From NCBI GenBank assembly GCA_013239625.1, contig MU053652.1:7307902-7371901 (forward strand): a stretch of 64,000 bases of DNA, read 5' to 3'. Shown here piece after piece: positions 53,628 to 64,000 of this stretch. Both the position numbers and the translations under genes were made by a program. The notes below the pieces were generated by a model. That model worked only from the letters and a program-made list of their open reading frames with translations. It ran no database searches and was not told where the DNA came from. Each line of letters begins with the position of its first letter. Position 1 is the first letter of the stretch. Source of the stretch: Lama guanicoe (taxonomy: Eukaryota).

Positions 53628-55521
53628 GCTGTTTCACCACAAATGTGTAACATCGTACAGTATTCATGAGATAATGTTAGTCTCCCCACATGCAACTGGA
53701 GAAAAGCTATTCATGATGGTTATTTTACTTACTACATCAATTTTAGTAAGGTTTTGTTAGAACAGCAGGTGATTTTATTTTTGGAGTTTTTTCATATTAC
53801 AGATGGAAATAATGGGTGGTGGGCCATGTGTTCTAAACACACGCTATGCCTGTCCCCACCCACTCACACATATTTGTAGTGTTCATCAAGCTTCCTTTTC
53901 CCCACATCGCTTACATTTTTCTCTAATGTGATAAATTGTTGTTTGGGCCTCTTAGTGGACACACATTGTAAAATGGTCCTCAGTTTCTTTCACATTAAAT
54001 TTCTTTTTCTAAAAATAGCAAATGAAAATGCTTTCCTTAAACAAGATTAGTCATTGCCATGTATGGACTAAAGATTAATTCTGGAGATCTCACAGTACAG
54101 GCAATTCCCCAGGCTTTAAGTTGTGATCCCTCACAAAGAAGATATTGGAATTGTGCTGGCCAGTGGGGTCCACAACTGTTAATCAACATTACTATGTTTG
54201 GTTTGTATTTCTCAGTTTAGCCATTAGACTTGAGATAGAGCCCAAACTAATTGTATCTGTTCTGCTGTTTAGTTTTCAGCACTTCAATATCAACTTAGAT
54301 CCCTCATTAATCTGACACATCCCTTCCCTAGTATCCAATTTGGAAAGGACTAAACCATCTGAAATTAAAACTAGGTGACAACTGATTAATACCTTGCAGG
54401 GGTCTCAAGGTGCAGCCTGTAGAGATCTGTTTCAAAATGGCATCCAAAATTCATACGTCTTTGTCTCGCCATGGAGCAGATCAATGACCATCACCAGTGG
54501 GCAATCGAGCATAAGCCTGACGGTTTTCTATTAACACTGGGTGTTATAGATGACGCCCTCTCACATCCAAATATTCATGTCCTGCACAAGTTGGCATCTT
54601 GCTGAAGATTAATGGCCCAATGTGAAATGATGGGTTTGTGATGGATTTCACTGATGACTGTTTTTTGACTATTTTGATTAACATTTTTCTCTGGCTGGAA
54701 ATTCACCCGCTGGAGTCACTGAACTCACTCAGTGCAACATTTTAAATGTGTACACGTTTACCAGTCACATCTTTTCAAAACATTCTTTCCTCTGAAAATG
54801 TGAATCAAAGAAATAAAATTGGTTTTTTTCCTCATGCAGCCAATGGAAATTGTTCTTTTGTAGGTAAAAATCACGCAGTGACTGTTTCAAGTTTGAATTA
54901 GTTACAAGGTATGCTTTATAACTTAACAAATTTGTATAACATGCTAGTCACAGGCAGGTCATAAAGTCCCATTCTTAATTGTTTAAAGAAATGTAAAAGA
55001 AAGCAAGACAGTAATTGGGAAAGGAGAAACGTTTTCAAAATTGTGATTGAGTGTTCAATAAAAATAAAAACAGAAGTTTAAAATCAAACCAAACAGTTCA
55101 GTAAAACTTGAAGATTTTTAGCTCTGGCTTACAGTCTTTTACAATACTCTTCTTATTTTGATTCTTGTTGACTGATTTCAGTGTAACCATGTGTGATATT
55201 CTGGCCTCTCATATCCTTGACTGTCTATCAGTAATGTCCTTCATACAACCTCAGCCACTTACTGCCATACCTAGACATTGAGCTCTCTCTCTTCACCCCT
55301 AGATGACTACTTCTTACCCTCACCTCTTTCCTCACATGACCACCTCTGCTTTCACTGTCCGTGCTCTCCAATGAAAACCTTGATTCCTGTTTCAGGAGTT
55401 AACAGGAACAAAAAGGAAACAACTTTCCCAAACCATATGACTCCTCCTCACCTACATCACCACAGCCCACATCCTCTGTCTTCCCGTCTTCATTGTGGAT
55501 CCATCATCCTGGCTCCTGATT

Positions 55522-55526
55522 TTTTT

Positions 55527-55578
<52 letters not shown>

Positions 55579-56127
55579 GTCAGTTTACAAAGTTGTGTCA
55601 ATTTCTGGTGTACAGCACAATGCTTCAGTCATACATGAACATACAAAAATTCATTTTCATATTTCTTTTCACCATAAGTTACTATAAGATACTGAATATA
55701 GTTCCCTGGGCTATACAGTATGAACTGGTTGTTTATCTATTTTATATATATTAGTTAGTATCTGTAAATCTCGAACTCCCAATTTATCCCTTCCTATCCT
55801 CCTCCCCCAACCGGTAACCAGAAGTTTGTTTTCTATGTCTGTGAGTCTGTTTCTGTTTTGAAAATAAGTTTGTCTTTTTTTTTTGATTCCACATAGAGGT
55901 GATATCATTTTTCTTTCTCTTTCTGGCTTACTTCACTTTGAATGACAATCTCCAGGTCCATCCATGTTGCTGCAAATGGCATTATTTATTATTTTATGGC
56001 TGAGTAGCATTCCACTGTATGAATATGCCACAACTTCTTTATCCAGTCATCTATTGATGGACACTTAGGCTGTGTCCATGTCTCGGCTATTGCACATAGT
56101 GCTGCTGTGAACCTGGGGTGCACGTGC
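55522..56127 (-). mobile_element. 5'-truncated L1 (~600 bp) with perfect 14-bp TSD; tail region converted to (TC)n(TA)n
   Basis: TSD cctggctcctgatt at 55508-55521 and 56128-56141. L1 3'UTR and ORF2-end sequence (minus-strand translation TWTQPKCPSIDDWIKKLWHIHTVE). Confidence 0.9.
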
Positions 56128-56141
56128 CCTGGCTCCTGATT

Positions 56142-57250
56142 GACAGCTGCTTCTGTTGTGCATGAGCTCCCACCCTCTCTCATCTAGTCAGTTGCTTTGG
56201 CTGTTACGTCCTGCCTCACCCATCAGTTTTCCCTTTCTGCTAGATCATGCCCATAAATATTAAAAATTGGTTAGTTTTCCTTATTAAAACAATCTTCTCT
56301 TGACCCCACTTCCTTTCCATCTACTGTCTTTTTAAAGCAACTTTTCAGAAGTGTAATAATCTCTGTCTGATTCATTTCCTCCCCATCTCTGTTAAACTCA
56401 TTATGAATAGACATTTGTCCCTTCCACGACACTAACATTTTTCCTGTTATGGTCACCAATAACCTTCCCACTGACTCAATCAGCAGATCCCCTTGGATCT
56501 AGCCTCACACTGTACCCTAAGTTGCATCATTTTATATCACTTCTATTGCTATCACCCCGGTCAGGTCACCTGGATAGTAAACCACCTGGATTACTGCCAT
56601 AGCCTCCCAACAAGTCTCCCTGCTTCAACGCCCACCATCATCCCTCCCCACATCACCTGTTTTCAGCACAACAATGTGATCTGCTAAATTGTACAATGAA
56701 GCTAATCATTGTTTGAAATGTTCCAGGGCTTCCCATCTTCTTCAACGTAAGAGTCAGTGTCCGTATAATGGCCCATGGGACTGAATCCCCCTCCTTGAGT
56801 TTTTGACCCTTTTCTCCTACTAATCTCTCCATCGTTCACTTTACGCCAGTCACCTGGGCCTTCCTGATTGTTCCTTTGACACCGGGGATTTTGCCCTCAT
56901 TTCCTGGATGCATTCACCTACACACTTCACCATGTTCACCAGCTCATTTTCTTCAGTTCTTGGGTCAGATATCTCCTTCTCATTAAAATCTTCCCTGAGC
57001 ATCATTTAAATTTGTCGCCCCCGCCACCTACCTTGCTCTCCTGCTTAATTTTTTCCTCAACATTTATCATTGTCTGGAATACTGTCTGTTTTACCTTGTG
57101 AACTTCTGGACTCACCTCCCATCACTGCACTGTTACTCCAGTGAGGGCAGGGGTTTCAGTCATGTCCCTTGGTTGCCATTTCTCCAGCAGGACAGTGCCT
57201 GGTGCATGATAGGCCTTTACTAAAATGTCTTACATGGTAAACGAATGGTA
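56142..57250 (+). mobile_element. L2 LINE 3' region (continues left of the L1, ~55150-55520)
   Basis: cacctggattactgccatagcctcccaac, gtctccctgcttc, ggcttcccatc, ctccagtgagggcagggg, gacagtgcctggtgcatgataggc. Confidence 0.7.
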
Positions 57251-58020
57251 ATTCATAATCTGCTTGGCTGGAATTATGTGGCAGATGTGGCAACACCACT
57301 AAGGCATTTCTTTACAAGTGTTTCCCTCCACACTCCAGCAGGACACTCTATTAAAATTGATCTCAATCCTTTATCTGCCTCCCGAGGACATATTTTGGTT
57401 TCTAGTGGGCACGTATGGTGATTTTAGTTTTTATATTTTTACCACCTAGAAAAAGGGTGTACACAATAGATGCTGAATGAGTAAATATGTGAAAGAACAA
57501 AGGATACCTTGATGGAAAGCAAAGACCCAGCTATGTCGGTGTTCTGTAAGCCAAAACCCTGCCTGAAGACTGAGGCTGAAAAGTCCTTGTCAATAGTGTC
57601 ATGAGGACGATCACGCTTCAGATTACTCTCTGACTGCAAAGAACATTCTGTGCTTCTCTGAAGCTAGTTCAGAAATGAACGTTGTAGATAGCCTCACTTG
57701 CTACAGGAGTCAGGTAACGCCAAATGAGTTTGATTTTAAAATAAGTAGTAACAGAGTTGGCTTTCAAGGTTACCAAAGTTAACTTCAGTTTCCTCATTTA
57801 GGCACAAACAGCTAATAGCTGTTTCCTAATGTCATAAACATCATCACTGTCATTTACACATACCAATCAGAATCCTTTTAATTTCTTTAGCAAATATTGA
57901 TCATTTACTACGTATTTGGCATGATAAGAGGCAGAGGTGATACAACACAGCAAGGAAGAAAAATCAGACGTGGTCCTGGTCTGTTAGAATGGCTACCGTG
58001 ATAAAGAATGGGGTACTTTT

Positions 58021-58234
58021 CAAAACATTGTTTTAATTGAAGTATAGTTGATTTACAGTGTTGTGTTAGTTTCTGGGGTACAGCACAGTGATTCAGTTAT
58101 GCATATATAATACATGTAGATTCTTTTTCATTGCAGGTTACTACAAGCCATTGAATATAGTTCCCTGTGTTATACAGTAGGACCTTGTTTATCTATTCTG
58201 TACATAGTAGTTTGTATCTGCCAATCCCAAACTC
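58021..58234 (-). mobile_element. Short L1 3' end with 17-bp TSD
   Basis: ttttaattgaagtatagttgatttacagtgttgtgttagtttctggggtacagc... TSD aagaatggggta(c/t)tttt at 58004-58020 and 58235-58251. Confidence 0.85.
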
Positions 58235-58254
58235 AAGAATGGGGTATTTTTTAA

Positions 58255-59058
58255 ATCTTAAAAAAAAAACCCAGCTTTACTGGGACATAATTCCCATAAC
58301 TATGAAGTTTGCCCTTTTGAAGTGTACGTTTCAGTGTTTTTTAGTAGAGTCACAGAGTTATTCAACCATTTCCAGAATCTGAGACTATTTTGACATCTCA
58401 AAAGAAACCCCAGTACCTAGTTACTTCCCAACCCCTACTCTTGTCACCCCCCAGGGAACCACTACTCTACTTTGTGCTTCTATGGCTGTGTCTACTCTAG
58501 ACATTTCATGTAAATGGAACCACACTATGTTTCATTTGTGACTGGCTTTTCTCATTTAAAATAATGTTTTCAAGGTTAATTTACATTGTTGCATGTACCA
58601 GGACTTTATCCCTTCTTATTGCTGAATGATATCCCATTATATGGATGTACCATATTTTGTTTAACCATTCATCAGTTGATAGACATTTGGGTTGTTAACC
58701 ATTTCTGGCTGTTATGAATAACGCTGCTATGAATATTCATGTACAGGTTTTTGTGTGCACATAAGTTTTCATTTCATTTGTGTTTATACCTAGGAGTGGA
58801 ATTGCTGAATCATATGGTAATTCTACATTTAATGTTTTTAAAAATTGCCAAACTGTTTTCCAACATGGCTGCACCATTTTCGATCCCACCAACAATATAT
58901 GAGGGTTTCAACTGCTCTGCATCCTCAGTGACACTTGTTATCTGTCTTTGTTATTTTAACCCTCCCAGTTGGTATACAGTGTGTCTAATGTGGTTTTGGT
59001 TTGCATTTCCCTCATGACTAATAATATTGAGCATCTTTTCATGTCCTTATTGGCCATT
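58255..59058 (-). mobile_element. Older L1 (L1MB-like) 3' portion
   Basis: gacatttcatgtaaatggaa, ttttcaaggtt, ccattcatcagttgatagacatttggg, cctaggagtggaattgctg, ttgcatttccct, gagcatcttttcatgt. Confidence 0.85.
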
Positions 59059-59959
59059 AAGAGTGGTATATTCTGAGAAAATTTGTTTTTATTTTATTAA
59101 ATATGAACTAGAAGTAGGATTTAGCTGGGATGAGCATGACAGAAAGAACTCTCCATACTTGGAGCACAGCTGTTACAAAGATCCTGAGGTTCAAAGGCAC
59201 TTGATTTTTGGAGGGGCTGAAGGAAGGTTCGTGCGGCCAGGCAGCAGTGAGGTGGAAGGTGGCAGTGAGAGGTTTCAAGAGATCAGCAGAACTAAAGTGT
59301 GCAAACACTTCTGAGGACATAATTCAGCGAATTAATTTCATTAAGAGGGTATAGGGAAGGCAGCAGATTTTTAAGCAAAGAAGTTAGATAATCTGATTTA
59401 TGTTAATAATAGCTGATGCTACATAGCACTCACCATATTCTAGGCAACATTATGTCATATTAGAACAAGCCTTTGCTTCTTGAATTGTTGATTAGAACTC
59501 TTCTAAACTGCATATGTATTAAGATATGTTCTGAAAATAAGAATGTTCTATGAAATAAAACACATATCTCTACTACCGAAAATGTTGATCATACTGTTAA
59601 AAAAATCTTTGTCTGCAAAAGAAAAATTTACCCATAGTGATAGCAAAAGTGTTTATGTGTATAAATTTATATCTAACTCTATCAAGTATATAATATGATT
59701 TAAAATCTGACTGAGATCTTGATGAAAAAGAGGATGATAGAGGCTCATCTTAACTGTTGTATTTCTATCTGTTTAATTACAGCTTCCTTGAGAGCCCTGA
59801 AGGCCACGTAAGATGACAAGTCAGGTCATGCCGTCTTGTCTGGCATGGCAGGGGGAGTTGGAGGGGTTTCCTGCAAAAGTGGCTCTCTCTTCTTCACCCT
59901 TAATCTGCCTTATCTCATGCCTGAGTGTAACTCAGTGCATGGGTTTTTGATGTTGTGGC

Positions 59960-60120
59960 ACAAGTCAGGGCTCAGAGTGTGGAGAACTGGGATTCAGAAT
60001 CAGCTCTGCCTTCAGTATGACCTTAGAGCAGTCCTTTAGCCTTTGGGGGACCTAGTTCACTAAATTACAACCTGCAAGAACTGGACTGGGTAACACTGAA
60101 TGTCTCTTCCTGCATAGTGT
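59960..60120 (+). mobile_element. MIR/MIR3 fragment
   Basis: gaactgggattcagaatcagctctgcc...tatgaccttagagcagtc...ggactgggtaacactgaatgtctcttcc. Confidence 0.5.
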
Positions 60121-61159
60121 CCACGCTTTTATCAGCGACATAATTTTCCAGGAATTAATTATGTAACACACACTGATACGGGTTCGACGTGGTCCAGGGG
60201 CGGCCAGCACAGGGTCATTCATTCCTACTCCGCATTCCCAGGGTTGGGAAACGTCTGCCCAGATGCTGAAATCCTGCCCCTCCCCAGTGGCAGCCCCATG
60301 TTTTCTTGGTTTTCTTTGAACTGTGTCTTCTCAGACTCTATTTGTTTCACTTCCAAAGAAATTTAAGCTCTGCCCCTAAACTCTACTGTTCACTGAAGAA
60401 AACAGTTTTCTTCCCCTTGGTTTTTTATTTCTCCAGGATGGAGAAAGTAGCATAAGTTCTTAAATCCCTACACCTTCTATGTGCATGTCTTTGTGGGCCC
60501 CCACGGGGTCAGATACCCCCAGTGTTTTCTGTTTCACTGGTTCTAACTTTTGGCTTCTCTTTTTCATTCCTCATCTTACCCCTCCCTTTTTATGACCACG
60601 TGTGGGTTTCTCCTCTCTTCTCTCTCTCTCGCCATTCATTTTCTGCATCAGCCAGTTAACCAAATCAAATGTCCTATCCTTTACAAATTAGCACATTTAA
60701 GTTGCTTCTTCTCTAGAGAAGATGTATTTGTGTACCGACTACTAGCAAATTTAAGGGCATTAAAAAGGGCCTATCCTCACCCATTTCCACACCTCAATGA
60801 TCAAATAAATACTTCATGGGTTTTGCAATTAAGATGATTACAGCTTCAGAGTGAGAGGATGAATGGTCAAGTTATTAGTATTTTTAAAATGAGTTCTAAT
60901 TAAACATTCCATCTGAAATAGCAAGAATAATAAGTTTTTTCATGTATCAGAAAAATTTAAAGCCAGCTGAAGATACCATGTGTTGTAAAGTTTAGAAACT
61001 TTCAGAAGACTAGAATTCATCTGTCTCTTCTTTGTTAACATAGCCTCCGTCTGTTCCAATGACAATTCATAATTCATAAATATAAAATTTAGACTAGAAA
61101 AGAATGTTTCTCTTCAATGAAAACCTATCTTGGCTACTTAAGGGATACATTCCAGACAG

Positions 61160-61306
61160 AGCCTTGCATGGTCCTTGAACCGGCAACATGACCGTCATTC
61201 AGAAGCTTGTTAGAAATGCAAAGTTAAAGGGCTAATAGATCAGATTCTGCATTTGAAAAGCATCCCCAAACAATTCTTATGCACATTAAAGTTGGAGAAG
61301 CACTGC
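61160..61306. mobile_element. MER5A-type DNA transposon
   Basis: agcttgttagaaatgcaaa...atcagattctgcattt...atccccaaacaattcttatgcacattaaagttggagaagcactg. Confidence 0.7.
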
Positions 61307-62578
61307 TGTAGAAAGGATTAATATTAAAAAAAAAGGTCAGAATAAAATATCCACATAGATGTGAAAATATAAGCACGTTTTTCATCGATTAATTTCTAAA
61401 ACTTACAGGGGAATTAGATTCATATTTATATGTAAAAATCACTCCGTTTTATAAAAACCACACTATTTTTATTACAGATAATCTCAGCCATCTCCAGGGA
61501 AAATTGAAATGCAGAGGTAGCGCGATTTACAGGTTTCCATCTGACCAAAATATGTGATAATTTCAAACAAAACATTAAAGGTCCTGGTACTCGGGAGGTG
61601 ATATATAAGGAAATTTATTTTTTGACGCATTGATATAAGTAATGCAAGTAAGGTAAGGAGTGCTGTGTACTGAACATCCCACGGTTTAAAACCAAGCTGC
61701 CTTTATCCTATCCTCATTTGTTTCTCTTTATTGTGACCCCCACTTCCATTAAGGGAGTTTTCACAAAGGCTTAATCACATGGTTCTCTGTGTCTCCCACC
61801 TAATTATAATCACACTACACTATTCAGTAGAGGGCTAATTGTTTCAAAAGAGTTCTGAAGCAAAAGCCTCAGGTGTATAGTTAAATGAGCTGCTAATTGG
61901 ATGGCAGATGCATTAACTTGGGAGTAAGAAAATCAAGGGGATGATGGTTACAGACTCAGTAGAAGGCTAAAGGGTCCCTTTAAGAATTTCCACTTTTAAA
62001 GGTATATATTTATATAGTTTTGCAATCACAGGACCTGAAATTTATGGGAGGTCTGGGAGGAGTCAAACTGTGGTCAAATGCTGGCTGTAATAAGAAGTAG
62101 AAACAGAACTCATTCCTTTTGTATGGTATTTTTCTGTTGACTTGTGCAGAGCAGGGACCCAATTCGAGGGTTACTACGACTGGATTTCCTCTACCAATAC
62201 CCCCTGCCTTTGTGCCCGTCCCATTCAGACCAGTCCAGGTGGGGGTGTTTGCTGCCTTCTTTCTCAACTTCAGCACCTCTCCCCGAACCTGCGTATGTAT
62301 CTGTGTATCCACCAATGGTCATAACCACTTCCTTATCACAAAATGGGTGCTTCTTTTGCCTGAGACATTTGCCACTTACCCTCCCCTACTCAAGATATAA
62401 GAGAAGAGTGAATTTTAGGGGCGGCCAAGGGAAAGGGAACCAGAAATAGAGGGCAGGAAGAATTCAGACTGGTGTTGGGCATCACAGCAACCTCTCTGAG
62501 CCAGCCCCTTACATCTGTCTTTAGCCAGTCAGTTCCTGTGGTTACTCGATCTTGCTTGTGCCGATACTACAGATTTTT

Positions 62579-62760
62579 CAGTGTTTTCAAAGATGGCTGC
62601 TAACTACCCTGATTATAAAGTTGCCTGGGAGGTTGTTAAAAATGCAGAGTCCTAGGTCTCACTTGGGTCTTTCAGAATCAGAATCAATGGAGAATGACCT
62701 TCAGAAACTTATCTTTACACAAAATCCCTGTGGCGGTTAATTTGATCACTGAACCACTAG
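62579..62760. mobile_element. MER5-type DNA transposon
   Basis: cagtgttttcaaa...cctgggaggttgttaaaaatgcagagtcctagg...gaatcagaatc...gaaccactag. Confidence 0.65.
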
Positions 62761-64000
62761 TTACATCCTGGTACAGACAGGACACTAGGCTCGTTCAGTC
62801 CATTGTCAAAGATTGCTAAAACAATTCCCTGCCAAGCATCCTTCTCGGTCTCTAGAAAAACCAGCAAGCAAACCAACAAAAACCTCACTTGTTTTAATGT
62901 GTTAAAAAAAATGTAGAATTTTTACTATGGAAAAGATAGGTGAAAATTGTATAAGGCTTATTTTTTTAAGAATACTCTCCATTAATGCTTAAAGTGGGTA
63001 TCTTTAAGGACTTTTCAGCAATGAAATAGAAATCTAACAGAACCACGTAGCAGTGACACTCTGTAAGGATGACTGATTTAACTGAAAGGTAATGCAAAGG
63101 TAGGTTAATGTCTATGTCATCAGCTTTTCACAATACGTATTTCATTCACACCAATGTATATAAGATAGAGATGGTACTTATTCTAAAAAGAAAAGCTTTC
63201 TGCCTTCATATGTCATGATATGTAATAAACATGGGCTGCATAGAAACCATAAATGTCCATAAGGCCACGGAAGAACATAAATGTTGGAAGAAAATGAGGA
63301 AGATGATGAACTGGAGTTCCATCTGAGTCAGCAGTTGTAGATTCAATCGCTGTAACGTTTGGGGGCTAATTAGCAAGGTCCATAGGGTGTGGTTCCTGCA
63401 GTGAGTGCCCCAGGATATGGAAAATATAATAAGGTTTTCTAATTTAAAAGGCAAGTGAGATATTTAAAACAGGCTTACTTCTTTGGTTGTTCAGAAACAT
63501 TATTTTGCTAATTAAACTGTTGATTGTTAAAACACCGTTCATAAGTACTAAAACTTACTTGCATGACCATAAAAAAATGACATATGCTAGAAAATCAGAT
63601 TATAGGAAACTGTCTGTCATTTTTATTCCCTTGGTACTCTTAAGAATTTGCAGCAAACCCTAAGAAGACTATATATAATTCATTAAAACATGTTAATTTC
63701 TTATGGAAGTTTTGGTGTGTGTAACATAAAAACATTATTTTTAACAAGATCACTAAAATGTGACTGTTTTCTATAAAAAGGAAGATGCTACAATATGGTC
63801 AATTAAGAGAGAAAAAACTTTTATTACTGATATTATAAAGATTCAAAGAGCCCGTCACTGATTATTAACTGCTAGTTAAATGCCTTTTGCAAATTGACTT
63901 CAAAATTTTAGCTGCCAGACTGAATTATGTTCTTTTGAGCCTCGGAAAGAAAAATCATAGAGCTTTTCTCACATAATTAGAAAACCATTTGTATCAATCT

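Noticed and set aside
55711..56183. ORFs with L1 ORF2-like peptide (QPKCPSIDDWIKKLW)
   Set aside because: Fragment of a truncated L1, not a functional gene.
60178..60215. GGTTCGA B-box suggesting a tRNA gene
   Set aside because: No A-box or cloverleaf stems around it.

Overview
Mammalian genomic DNA. It is probably a camelid or another laurasiatherian, inferred only from my recall of the L1 3'-end sequence and from seeing no Alu, B1, Bov-tA, PRE-1 or CAN SINEs. The window holds one protein-coding gene, GPR37 (Pael-R, a class A GPCR), on the + strand. Coding exon 1 is 15941-16966, inside a CpG island. A phase-0 GT-AG intron of 14,309 bp follows, then coding exon 2 at 31276-32094, giving a 614-aa receptor. 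The rest is intergenic or intronic DNA with ordinary repeats (L1, L2, MIR, MaLR/ERVL/ERV1 LTRs, MER DNA transposons, microsatellites). Repeat subfamily names come from recalled consensus sequences, not a search. The other ORFs in the track look spurious. I found no evidence of a new multi-gene system. The best leads are: a cluster of uORFs before GPR37; a miR-29 8mer site whose reverse complement abuts a poly(A) signal; a recent ~245-bp tandem duplication and an exact 28-bp dispersed repeat in the intron; two tail-less L1 pieces with target-site duplications (TSDs); and nested insertions.
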